From Octopus vulgaris (Eukaryota), in NCBI GenBank assembly GCA_951406725.2, contig OX597816.1, positions 39,618,001 to 39,682,000 of the forward strand: a stretch of 64,000 nt of DNA, in the 5' to 3' direction. The position numbers and the translations under genes are program-made. The notes beneath the pieces are model-generated. The model was not told the origin of the DNA. It did no database searches and saw only the letters and a program-made list of their open reading frames with translations. This document shows positions 40,111 to 53,265 of this stretch, in pieces. Positions within the stretch are counted from its first letter, which is position 1, and each line of letters starts with the position of its first letter.

Positions 40111-41564
40111 TATATGTATGTATATTTGTATGTAGCCACACGTGTCTACGCGCGTAAGTACAGGGTAATAAAGATACCGTATTTGACGGAATACAAAGCA
40201 CATTTTTCCCTCTTCAAAATGTGTCTTAACACGTAACCCAGGGTCCTATATGCGAAGTTGGGATTCCCATAAGCAAATTTTATCCCTGACGTTCACTACT
40301 ATACTTATTACAGTAACCATGTTAGATATTTTCACTATCGTGATTACTTGCTTTATGTTCACCAGTATTATTAACACCTCCTACGATTAGAACATTTCAT
40401 CCGCCCCTGGACGAGACACCGGTCCGTCGAAGGGTTAACTTCCCAGCTATTGTTGGAACTCATTTACAGGTGAATTTACTGTAGTAAAGAGAAATGAAAT
40501 GTCTTGCCCAAGAACACAACGCATCACCTGGCCAGGTAATCAAAACCACAATCTAACGACCGTGAATGCAATACTATAACCACTAGGCTACGCAGCTTCA
40601 CAAGTAACACCCAAAACGCTTGAAAAACAAACAAACAAGCTATTTTCAAAGGACATAACAAAGGTGAACATAGCTGCCATACTACACTCGAAATATAAAC
40701 ACACTGTTAAGGTGGCGAGCTGGCAGAAACGTTAGCACGCCGGGCGAAATGCGTAGCCGTATTTTGTCTGCCGTTCCGTTCTGAGTTCAAATTCCGCCGA
40801 GGTCGACTTTGCCTTTCATCCTTTCTGGGTCGATAAATTAAGTACCAGTTACGCACTGGGGTCGATGTAATCGACTTGATCCGTTTGTCTGTCCTTGTTT
40901 GTCCCCTCTGTGCTTAGCCCCTTGTGGGTAGTAAAGAAATAGGTATTTCGTTTGTCTTTATGTTCTGAGTTCAAATTCCGCCTAGGTTGACTTAGCCTTT
41001 CATTCTTTCGGAGTTGATTAAATAGATCAGTAAGAAGGAGACACCTCTCACTGTAACTTTAATGGCCCTAGATAGATAGATAGATAGATAGAGAGAGATG
41101 GGACGGGTGGACCAGAGCTATACGGACCCTCGAAAACTACGGCTGGGTTACGAAAATGGTCACACATACGGTAGGTGCGAGTAGCAGTGCATCCAGCAAA
41201 TAGCTAACTCCATCAGCCAGAGTATTAAAGTAACAGTAGATTACCCTAGCAATCACCCTAACTATAGGCTAACGGTTTTAGACACAGAACTCTGGCTGGA
41301 AACTAAGAATAATAAGGTCCAGATCCTTCGTTCTCTCTATGCCAAATTCATGTCCTCTAAATATCCGGTCCACATGAACGCAGTGATTGCGGACAACACC
41401 GTGTTCAATATCCCGCCGACGCCGAACCAGCAGCAGTAGCAGCGACAGCAGCAGCAGCAGCACGAATGGAACAATAACACCTCCATCGCTCTACACAACA
41501 TGATGACTAATGAGAGAAAAAAAAGACACAGATACAAACAGTATTATGCCTAAACTCATGCATA

Positions 41565-41836
41565 CAAAAGACGGGGTCACTCCGAAAAGCTCTATCTGCG
41601 ACGATTTCATCTCAATCGAAGGAGAGGGGCTTTCTCTGTCCGGATTGTGGATCCGTGGAATAAGCTGCCGGACGAGATAGTGAAGATGCCAACGACCGCT
41701 CGGTTCAAAGTTTCTTGATCAGAAATGGCCTGAACTCTTTTGCATGAACACTCTCCCTGTACATAACTCCATATCCCCCTAATTGGCCTTGCTTTTTGCT
41801 TTTTGAGCCAAAAAATTAACTTAACTTAACTTAACT
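41565..41836 (+). mobile_element. 3' end of a CR1-group LINE with (TTAAC)n tail
   Basis: RRGHSEKLYLRRFHLNRRRGAFSVRIVDPWNKLPDEIVKMPTTARFK, followed by a short UTR and TTAACTTAACTTAACTTAAC. Confidence 0.8.
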
Positions 41837-41918
41837 ATACCTAGAACGGAATGAGAAAGAAAAACAACAGAGAAATAAATGAATAAATAAATGAAAGAAT
41901 AATTAAATAGAAGACACG

Positions 41919-42217
41919 GGGGATCTTTACTTTTTGACCTACAGATTTAAAAAATATTTTTTTGTAACTAAACACTTTCAAACTTCGGGCACTGGTAGAA
42001 TGCGTCATATAAACTATCTTTTACTCTTTTACTTGTTTCAGTCATTTGACTGCGGCCATGCTGGAGCACCGCCTTTAGTCGAGCAAATCGACCCCGGGAC
42101 TTATTCTTTGTAAGCCCAGTACTTATTCTATCGGTCTCTTTTGCCGAACCGCTAAGTGACGGGGACGTAAACACACCAGCATCGGCTGTCAAGCAATGCT
42201 AGTGGAACAAACACAGG

Positions 42218-42251
<34 letters not shown>

Positions 42252-42745
42252 CATATATACGACAGGCTTCTTTCAGTTTCCGTCTACCAAATCCACTCAC
42301 AAGGCATTGGTCGGCCCGGGGCCATAGCAGAAGACACTTTCCCAAGGTGCCACGCAGTGGGACTGAACTCGGAACCATGTGGCTGGTTAGCAAGCTACTT
42401 ACCACACAGCCACTCCTGCGCCTCATCATTTTTGAGAAAAACTTATATTTACGAAGTTATTTCACGTCAAAGTACAAACACACGAACGATGTCATAAATA
42501 AAAGTGACAAACGAAAAATACACTACCGATAGTTGTTGTTGACAAACAACGGTAGTAATTTTATTCAGCTGAATATACGTCATTGATTGGTTGAAATTAC
42601 CGAAATACAAGAACTTGGACGTGAAATAACTTCGTAAATATAATTTTTTCTCAAAAATTCTAAGAGCAAAAGATGTTTTATATGACACATTCTACCAGTA
42701 TCCGAAGTTTGAAAGTGTTTAGTTACAAAAAATTATTTTTTGAAT
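41919..42745. mobile_element. MITE with long inverted termini, interrupted by a CORE-type SINE (about 42016-42422)
   Basis: TTTTTGTAACTAAACACTTTCAAACTTCGG..ACTGGTAGAATG at the left end versus CATTCTACCAGTATCCGAAGTTTGAAAGTGTTTAGTTACAAAAA at the right end. Confidence 0.7.
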
Positions 42746-43303
42746 TTGTAAGTCAAACAGTTTGGTAAGCAAACTCGTACACACACACACAAAACATATT
42801 CACACGCACACACAATTACACAGATACAGACGCAATCGCATGCACAGATAAGCATACACACCATAGAAAGACAGAATGGACTAAACAGAACAGGAGAAGA
42901 CACGTGGGAGGGAGATTCGCTGAAGAGGTCAGAAGATGTGTGTCGAAAGGTTTTAGACAAAGGACACTAAAATAATAACAATAATAATAATGCTGAAGTG
43001 AAGAAAAAATACATAGTGCGTGTATTTATTTAGCAAAAAAAAATGACCGCCCCGAAATATAAAAATAAAGAGGAAATCGTTAAAAAATTTCATACCATAA
43101 TCACATCAGTCAGTCATATCTTCTTAATCCTTTAACTCCAGGTCGTCAGCAAGAGATCTCCATCTGCTTCGCTCTTTGACAATAGATTGCAGTTGTCCCC
43201 CGGTGTTGCTACCTCTCAGTGCTTCCATTTCTGTGGACTTTTCCCATATTGTTTTTGGTTTGCCCATTTTGCTTATTCTATTTTAATTTTGCTTTCTTTT
43301 TAG

Positions 43304-43387
43304 GGAGAAGATGGTCAGCCACTAGAACAAGAAACCGAAGAAGGTCTCGTTACAAGCCATGCGTATGCTGTCACGAAAATTGCGACG
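43304..43387 (+). CDS. Calpain exon 6 with catalytic His: GEDGQPLEQETEEGLVTSHAYAVTKIAT
   Basis: Long polypyrimidine tract plus tAG, donor GTAAGA at 43388. 84 nt, phase 0 to 0. GLV..HAY.VT motif. Confidence 0.95.
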
Positions 43388-44131
43388 GTAAGAAATTATC
43401 ATCAAATCTCAATGTAACTAACATTCATTAAGAAGTTTGTTCCTTCTCGAGCCGTGCCTGGCTCATAAGGGCTGGTTTCCCGGTTTCCTTGGCATATAAG
43501 TTCCCTACCTGAACGGGACGCCGGTCCGTCAGAGGTGAGCTGCAAGATGCAGGAGGAAAGAGTGAAAGAAAGTTGTGGCGAAAGAGTCAGCAGAAGTTCG
43601 CCATTACCTTCTGCCGAAGCCGCGTGGAGCTTAGGTGTTTCACTCATAAACACACACATCGCCCGGTCTGAGATTCGTACCTGCGATCCCTTGACCGCGA
43701 GTCCGCTGCTCTAACTACTAGGCCATGTGCCTCCACACATTAAGAAGTATTTATACTAAAAAGTATCGCTACTAGATGATGTATGGTTCGATATTGGCAG
43801 GGGGGTTGCAAAAATTACTTAAGGTTAATGGCAACAAGTTTATTAAGTTTTGATATAAATTTCATTGAAAAATAAGGTATTTTTAAAAATCCTGAAATTA
43901 CAGCTGTAATCATAATGTTTTATACTAAATTATATAGAAAAATAATGATATATAGGAAAGTTTTAATATTAAACTACTTAGATATTTTCTTTCTAATGTT
44001 GGTACAAGGCCATTAATTTTGAGTAGATAGGGGTACTTTATTTTATCGACCCCAGGGAGACGGGGATGAAGGCAAAGCTTACTCGGTGGTATCTGAGCTC
44101 AGAATATAAAGAGTCGGAAAATATTCCGCTA

Positions 44132-44300
44132 TAGGCGTAGGAGTGGCTGTGTTGTAAGTAGCTTGCTTACCAGTCACATGGTTTCGGGTTCAGTTCCACT
44201 GCGTAACACCTTGGGCAAGTGTCTTCTACAATAGCCTCGGGTCGACCAAAGCCTTGTGAGTGGATTTGGTAGACGGAAACTGAAAGAAGCCCGTCATATA

Positions 44301-44376
<76 letters not shown>

Positions 44377-44606
44377 TATATATATGTATGTATGTGTGTC
44401 TGTGTTTGTCCCCCAGCATCTGCTTGACAACCGATGCTGGTGTGTTTACATTCCCGTAACTTAGCGGTTCGGCAAAAGAGACCGATAGAATAAGTACTAG
44501 GCTTACAAAGAATAAGTCCTGGGGTCGATTTGCTCGACTAAAGGCGGTGCTCCAGCATGGCCGCAGTCAAATGACTGAAACAAGTAAAAGAGTAAAAGAG
44601 TAAAAA
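44132..44606 (+). mobile_element. tRNA-head CORE-type SINE with internal (TA)n/(TG)n tract and (GAGTAAAA)n tail. Other copies at about 6020-6520(-), 14970-15415(-), 21455-21800(-), 23273-23705(+), 23745-24050(-), 25062-25483(-), 42016-42422(-), 51112-51545(+), 57140-57370(-), 63370-63670(+)
   Basis: GTGGCTGTGTGG..GGTTCAGTCCC head, ACCTTGGGCAAGTGTCTT CORE-like segment, shared 3' end CCAGCATGGCCGCAGTCAAATGACTGAAACAAG. Confidence 0.85.
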
Positions 44607-44689
44607 ATGTAATCTCTTGCTCTCTCGAGCTTACCCTCGAGGTATAGTGCTTATTTAACCCTTAGGTAAGCAAGACTGACTGACTGGTT

Positions 44690-44800
44690 CGCGTGACATC
44701 AGGATATTATTTTTACCGGAAGATAGGGTTTCATCCTAGCTCCCGTAACTGAGTAGGGTTTCATATCACCTTGAGGTTTAGGTGGATTACGGTTTAAAGG
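44690..44800. repeat. Unclassified dispersed repeat, second copy at about 50878-50982
   Basis: CGTGACATCA.GATATT..TTACCGGA.G.TAGG.TTTCATC.TAGCT.CCGTAACTGAG..GGTTTCATATCAC occurs in both. Confidence 0.7.
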
Positions 44801-46974
44801 ACTGATGATTTTTAATCAAGACTATACAGTTTAAAATTATCGTCCCTATTTTTGGCTGAAATATCTTGATTTTTATAAGATTAGTAAAACCAAGAAAATC
44901 ATCCGAAGACTACGCGAATTTAAGCCATTTGACAGCGAATAGATTAAATAGTTTCAGGATCTATTATCAATTTAAGGACAAAAATTATAGTGGTTACTAC
45001 ATCAACAACAACAACAACAACAACCAGCAGCAGCATCACCACCATCACCACCACTACCATCACTACCACTACCACCACTACCACCACACCATCACGACCA
45101 CCACCACCAGCACCTCCACCAGCACTTCCACCACCACACCACCACCACCACCACCACCACCACCACCACTACCACCACACCATCACCACCACCACCACCT
45201 CCACCACCGTCACCACCACCGCCGCCGCTACTACTACTACTACTACTACTACATTTATTCCTGTACTGTGCTGTGACCGAGTTTTTGAGTATCTTTAATT
45301 CCATTAACCCTACAAAGATAAGTGAGAGAGGATAGCTGGATGGAGTAGAACAGCTTTAATTGAAAATTCTTGAGTATTTAGAAGTTTACAGTAACGAGAT
45401 TGGATATTTTTGTTTCATTTCGATATAAAATCATAAATTTATACTCGAGTAAAACAAATCTCAGTGACGTTCATGACTTTCCGTTAGACATTAGTTGCGC
45501 AAAAGAAGTATCCATAGTTCTAACCCTTTGCCCCATAAGTTTTTACTTATCCCTTGTTTCATACGTTCTGAGTGATATAAAGCTTTCCTTTAATAAATTC
45601 TAAGTTACTCTGGAGGTTGAAAAATCGGGAATGTGTATCATATATGATGTGTGGACACCAAGGATGACATATGACACAAGACAGGTTAAGTGGACGCAAC
45701 CAATTTTCAGACTTGGTTCTGATTTTTATATTTCTTGCTATAAATCGATCTCCATTCTACTGTTAATTTATCGATCATTTTTTGATCGTTTATTTCTTAT
45801 TTTGTTTTGATTTTAGCACAGTGACTCATTTAAATTCCGTTTACGCATTGAAGTTTCAGTTAAGATCATGAATTTAAGAATGTGTAACTATTTTACTTCC
45901 AAACGGGTTGTTATACTGGTATGTGTAGTAGTAGTGGAGGCGCAATGGCCCAGTGGTTAGGGCAGCGGACTCGCGGTCATAGGATCGCGGTTTCGATTCC
46001 CAGACCGGGCGTTGTGAGTGTTTATTGAGCGAAAACACCTAAAAGCTCCACGAGGCTCCGGCAGGGGATGGTGGTGATCCCTGCTGTACTCTTTCACCAC
46101 AACTTTCTCTCACTCTTACTTCCTGTTTCTGTTGTACCTGTATTTCAAAGGGCCGGCCTTGTCACTCTCTGTGTCATGCTGAATATCCCCGAGAACTACG
46201 TTAAGGGTGCACGTGTCTGTGGAGTGCTCAGCCACTTACACGTTAATTTCATGAGCAGGCTGTTCCGAAGAATGTGTAACTATTTTACTTCCAAACGGGT
46301 TGTTATACTGGTATGTGTAGTAGTTATTCTTGCTGGTGCATCATTACACACATTTATTTCAACTACAGATATATGTTCTAACCCTTTGCCTTATTAATGA
46401 GCTTTAATATTTAGAGAGCCGTGGGTTCAAATGCTACTGAGGTCGACTTTGCCTTTCATCCTTTCAGGTTCGATAAAATAAGTACCAGTGGAGCACGGGG
46501 GTCGATGTAATCGATTTACCCTCTCCACCGAAATTGTTGGCCCCGTGCCAGAATTTGAAATCAATATTTAGAGAGCTGAAGGCGGCGAACTGGCAGAATC
46601 ATTACCGTGCCAGACAAAATGCTTAGCGGCATTTCATCCGTCTTTACGTTCTGAGTTCAAATTCCACCGAGGTCGAATTTGCCTTTCATCTCTTTCAGAG
46701 CCGATAAAATAAGTACCAGTTGAACACTGGAGTCGATGTAATCGACTTATCCCTTTCTCCGAAGTTGCTGGCCTTGTGCCAAAATTTGAAATCAATATTT
46801 AGAGAGCCGGAAACAATCACATAATTGCAGTGTTACAAGCACTTTTGATCTGCGACTATCTTACGATGGTAAAATTCTTTCTATTATAGGCATAAGGCCT
46901 ATAATAGACGGAGGGGATGAGTCAATATCATCGACCTTACTATAGCTTTGTTAAGCTATACGCAAACTAGTGGA

Positions 46975-47185
46975 GATGAGAATACATTTATCAAAGGTTT
47001 ATTACTTTACGTACATCAGGGCTTAAGTCGCCAGTTATTTCTGTTTAGTTCATTCAGATTCGTTTAACACTGTTGACATTCTTTTGTTTTTCTTCTCCTA
47101 CCGGAAGTCCTTTTTTTTGCTGCTGACCAACTTCCTAGTTAACCCGCAGGATTCGTGACAGTTCGTCTGTCACGAATCCTGCCCT
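46975..47185. repeat. Unclassified dispersed repeat of about 190 bp; further copies at 47568-47766 (same strand) and 26760-26905 (opposite strand)
   Basis: Shared TTATTACTTTACG.ACATCAGGGCTTAAGTCGCCAG.TATTTCTGTTTAGTTCA.TCAGATTCGTTT..CCTACCGGAAGTCC. Confidence 0.8.
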
Positions 47186-47987
47186 ACACACACAACAATA
47201 TTATGTAAATATGGAAGGCGGCGAGCTGGCAGAAACGTTAGCACGCCGGGCGAAATGCGTAGCCATATTTCGTCTGCCGTTACGTTCTGAGTTCAAATTC
47301 CGCCGAGGTCGACTTTACCTTTCATCCTTTCGGGGTCGATAAATTAAGTACCAGTTACGCACTGGGGTCAATGTAATCGACATAATCCCTTTGTCCGTCC
47401 TTGTTTGTCCTCTCTATGTTTAGCCCCTTGTGGGTAGTAAAGAAAAATAAATATTATGTAAATATCAACTTTGGTACAGAATTACTGGTAGAATGATATT
47501 CCTGCAGTGCATGCAGACAATTTGGCCCAGCTAAGAATTTGAATGTCTAACTTCATGGCGCTAATTTTTATCAAAGGTTTATTACTTTACGCACATCAGG
47601 GCTTAAGTCGCCAGCTATTTCTGTTTAGTTCACTCAGATTCGTTTCACACTCACTGTTGACATTCTTTTTTCTTCTCCTACCGGAAGTCCCTATTGTTTT
47701 TCTACTGATCAACTCCTTAGCTAGCGAAGTTTCTGTCTACAGTTCGTCTGTCACGAATTCTGCCTTTCATTAGTACTGAAAGGGTACTTATTTTACCAAC
47801 GCCGAAAGGAAGAAAAGCAACGTTGACCTCGGCGGAATCTGAACTCAGAATGTAAAGACGTACGAAATGTCGCTAAGAATTTTATCCGGCGTGCTAGCGA
47901 TTCTGTCAGCTCATCGCCTTTGAGTATCTTGAAATAAATTTTCTTTGCCATCCATCCATCCATCCATCTATCCGTCTCTCAGTCCGT

Positions 47988-48059
<72 letters not shown>

Positions 48060-48525
48060 TTGACCGACAGACTGCGATATTTTAGTCCCTAAGATATAAG
48101 AAGCGGGGGAATAATACTTGACGATCATAGCTGGAATGCTCTTAATCATAGGTCTGTTCAATCAAGGCTTACATAGGGCTAAGTAACTAACAAGAACTAC
48201 AACCGGAAAGTAAAATTCATAGAAATTAACAACATGGACCAGCAACAGACAAGATATTTCTGCTTAAATCTTTACACACTATAAAAACAAACAAACAAAC
48301 AAAAGAAGTCAGGTGCTGGAATCCTATAGAAATAGAAACGCAGAATTGTTAAGCTTTTGTGTGAGTGACAAGGCTACAAAAGATATAATGAAACCTAAAG
48401 GTAGATATGAATACCGAGGTTATTGTTGGACTAAAAACTACATTCCAACGTACCTAAAGCAATCTATTAAAGGAAAATCACGTGAGACCGAGAAAATTCA
48501 TAGTTTGAACCAACACACACACAAA

Positions 48526-48578
<53 letters not shown>

Positions 48579-48622
48579 AAACACACACACACAAACACAA
48601 ACACACACACACAGACACAGAC

Positions 48623-48719
<97 letters not shown>

Positions 48720-48731
48720 AACACACACACA

Positions 48732-48787
<56 letters not shown>

Positions 48788-51275
48788 GCAGTTAACAAAC
48801 TTGAATAGATTCATAAATTCATAATGCATTGAAGAAGGAATTCTAATATTAGAGAGCGATCGTTTTTTTTTTTTTGTTTGTTTTCTGACGGAAAGCTCTG
48901 CTTTGAAACATTGGACAAACTTATTGACTGGCACAAGCTTATTTAATTTTATGGCCTTTATGAATCAACTTGGCAAAACTGCGTTAGGGCAGCGGACTCG
49001 CGGTCATAGGATCGCGGTTTCGATTCCCAGACCGGGCGTTGCGAGTGTTTATTGAGCGAAAACACCTAATTTTCACACTCAAGTAGAGTCATTCTCACAC
49101 TAAAGTAGGATCATTCTCAATCCCAAACGGTCATTCTAACTTACTTCCTGTTTCTGTTGTGCCTGTATTTTAAGGGGCCGGCCTTGTCACTCTCTGTGTC
49201 ACGCTGAATATCCCCGAGAACTACGTTAAGGGTGCACGTGTCTGTGGAGTGCTCAGCCACTTACACGTTAATTTCACGAGCAGGCTGTTCCGTTGATTCG
49301 GATCAACCGGAACCCTCGTCGTCGTAACCGACGTGCTTCCACATATGAATCAACTTAGCAAAACTGCTTTAAATGCAAAGTCTGCGCACACAAGCTGAGT
49401 CATTCTTACACTGAAACAGTAATTTTCACACTCAAGTAGAGTCTCATTCTCACACTAAAGTAGTATCATTCTCAATCCCAAACGGTCATTCTAACAATAA
49501 ATTAGTCATTCTCACACTCATACAGTCAATTTCAAACTCGAGCCACCATCATCACACTCAAGCACAGTTATTCTAGTAGTGAGAAATTTATAATAAATAT
49601 ATAAGCTATAAAAATGTCAGGATATTTTTTTCTTTTGATTCGTGTTCTAGTTTATTGTATATTTGATAAGATAGACACAAGTCCAGTTTCTGGAGGAAGG
49701 GCTTAGTCGGTTACATCGACCCCTGTGCTCAACTGGTACTTATTTTATCGGACCCTGAAAGGATGAAAAGCAAAGTCGACCGAGGCGGAATTTAAACTCA
49801 GAACGTAACAACCGAAATACCGCAAGATAGCTTGTCTGATGCTCTAAGGATTTTGTCTATACCACTTCAAGTTTACTATTTTAACCAATTAATGCCCATA
49901 GTATGTTTTAGAATAATTATCATTTCACCAACAAGTGAATTTTATAGAAAGATATTTATTTAAACATAGATGTTGGCTTTAAATTTTGGCACAAGTCCAG
50001 CAGTTTCGGGGAAGGGGCTTAGTCGGTTACATCGACCCCTGTGCTCAACTGGTACTAAGTTGACCTAGGCGGAATTTAAACTCAGAACGTAGCATTTTAC
50101 TCAGTATGCTAACGATTCTTATTTCTTTATTGCCCGCAAGGGGCTAAACATAGAGGGGATAAATAAGGACAGACAAAGGGATTAAGTCGATTACATCGAC
50201 CCCAGTGCGTAACTGGTACTTAATTTATCAACCCATAAAGGATGGAAGGCAAAGTCGACCTCGGCGGAATTTGAACTCAGAATGTAACGGCAGACAAAAT
50301 ACCTATTTCTTTACAACCCACAAGGGGCTAAACAGAGAGAGGACAAAAAGGACAGACAAACGGATTAAGTCGATTATATCGATTCCAGTGCGTAACTGGT
50401 ACTTATTTAATCGACCCCGAAAGGATGAAAGGCAAAGTCGGCCTCGGTGGAATTTGAACTCAGAACGTAACAGCAGACGAAATACGGCTACGCATTTCGC
50501 TCGGCGTGCAAACGTTTGTCTGTCCTTGTTTGTCCCCTCTGTGTTTAGCCCCTTGTGGGTAGTCAAGAAAAAGGTAAATTGAAATGAAATATCAAGTAAG
50601 ATGAAATTAACTTCCAGATGCCACCCAGGGGTGATTTGAAATCGGTTTTATTCCCCGATCCCACCTCTCTCTTCATGTTCCATGCTTCCAGGCGTCGGCG
50701 ATCATGAGCCTTCTTGATATGTCTTAAGATTCATGACTTTCTTTCGGAAGGATTTTTGCAGTCGTTTCCCGTAGTCTTGTTCCAGTGTATTTACATTTTA
50801 CGTTGCTAGTTTCCTGCCCTCTGGGGATTATCCTCGAGGCAGATGGCCTTTTTAACCAGGTGGGGAATATCTGGTGCACGTGACATCAAGATATTCGGAT
50901 TACCGGAGGTAGGATTTCATCTTAGCTTCCGTAACTGAGAATGGTTTCATATCACTTTAAAGTTTAGGTGAATTAGGATTAAACTTAAATTGCTTTTAAG
51001 GTGACAGCAGTCACTGGGCAGCGACTTCATATTACCCCTAATTCACGAACAATCTGATTCCTCAGGAAGGTAACTCAACACCATTTCAGTTGGTTGTCAA
51101 TTACAAATAAATAGGGGCAGGAGTGGCTGTGAGGTAAGTAGCTTGCTTGCCAACCACATGGTTCCGGGTTCAGTCCCACTGCGTAGCACCTTGGGCAAGT
51201 GTCTTCTACTTTAGCCTCCGGCCGACCAAAGCCTTGTGAGTGGATTTGGTAGACGGAAACTGGAAGAAGCCCGTC

Positions 51276-51321
<46 letters not shown>

Positions 51322-51683
51322 ATATGTTTGTGTGTCTGTGTTTGCCCCCCCCCCCACATCACTTGACAACCAGTGCAGGTGTGTTTAAGCCTCCGAAACT
51401 TAGCGGTTCGGCAAAAGACACCAATAGATTAAGTAGTAGGCTTACAAAGAATAACTCCTGGGGTCGATTTGATTCGACTAAAGGCGGTGCTCCAGCATGG
51501 CCGCAGTCAAATGACTGAAACAAGTAAAAGAGTAAAAGAATAAACGAAAGAAATACAAACAAAATATTGATATTGTTCGGAACAATGATATCTTCAAGAT
51601 TTGAATAATTACGTTTGACAGTATAGATTTGATAGAAAGCTCCAGGTCAATTTACCGACGGAAACTGCTGCTACTACTGCTAG

Positions 51684-51724
<41 letters not shown>

Positions 51725-53028
51725 TGTACATAGTATATATGATCAACTACATACTAGTGGTAACTATAACAATAAAATGAAAAGAAACGAATTATGTATA
51801 ATTCATAAACAGAATGGCGTTCAGTAGCCTAAAGCAAATGAAAATATTGATCCACAATTAGTTATGTGCAAGGCAGTACTGCCCGGTTATGCAAATACCC
51901 TATATAATCAATAATATATTCACATTTAAATGGATTCATATTTTTTTCTAACCTTAAATAGGGATTTCAGATAATGTTCCGTAGAGATAAGCGATTTTAC
52001 TAACGGATCATCAGATGCGGCTGGAAGTTAAATTCTAACATTGACGATGGTTTTCAAAACTGCTAGGGGACTAAAAGATGTCTAATGATATCTATTTTGG
52101 CTTTTTGAGTTCTGACTGTAACGTCTACCAAGCTGTATCGGTCTAAGTCGGCGGCCTTTCACTTGCACAAATATTGCTGGCGGAGAAAGGAGACGGCTTG
52201 CATGCATTGGCAACCACTAGTCTTACTCACAAATTTCACACTGGTCTGCATATACGTGTACATTTATCGATGGAGGCCCCAAGATAGGGGTCATGGTTTT
52301 CGCATTCATCAATCTTTTCATTGTAGTTTTCAATATAAAGTCTTCAACAGACGATTAGTATTCTTTTACGTAGCTTTTCTTTTAAGATTCCTTTATATTA
52401 CATTAATATACCATCTTTGAATTGCTTAGGGAAGCAGCAGCGTAACTAGGAAGTGGGGCAATGTGGGACGGTCCGCTTTGGACGACGCTTTTTAGGGGGT
52501 TACAGTTTTAGTCTGCTGTATAAGCCTGTATAAGTTACATTGGCCGGGGTTGGAGAATTCAAGAGCTACCGTAGCTGCATCACAATACAGAACATGGTTT
52601 CAGAAAAAAAAAAAATTTTTGTTTTTCTGTAATGCTATGATTTTTATCACCGAACTTCTACATGTATGCACGCACATACACACTCACACGCAAACATACA
52701 CATAGGAATTTGTGGTGTACTCAATACTTGTAATGAGTTAAATAGTTATTAAACTATAGCGCCTTACTAGTAATATTTCATTACCCGGAGTAGTATTACC
52801 GCACGATTTCGGCAACATGTCCTATTCATGTATCTCTATACAGGTTACATATATTGCATCATACCTTGATGCTGTGTGGATTGAGACCCCCGTTGACAGG
52901 CTACTGATATCAAATAAAGTGTTAAATATTTACGACATGCAAATTAGTAGCTTCAGTTCTCTGTAGTTTCTAGATTTGTTGGGTATACAAACAAATTGTC
53001 TCTGAAACTGGTCAAAGTGACGTTGTCA

Positions 53029-53069
53029 TCTCTGATGAGAATCCAATAAGGTTCGAAAATCGATTAAGA
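53029..53069 (+). ncRNA. Minimal hammerhead ribozyme motif (canonical CUGAUGA core)
   Basis: TCT-CTGATGA-GAATC(caataa)GGTTC-GAAA-ATCGAT-TA-AGA. Palindromic stem III; stem I is only 3 bp. Confidence 0.65.
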
Positions 53070-53265
53070 CTTGTTCATCATTATTTTTTTTTCAATCTAC
53101 GGAGAAATAGTTGTTCTTTTTATATATCTACTACATCGGTTAAACACACACACACACACACATGTAATAAAGTACTAGCCACGTACTGGGGTCAATGGCA
53201 TCAACTAATCACCTATCAAAATCACTGGCCTTGTGCCTAAATTAGAAACCGTTGTTATATAGATA

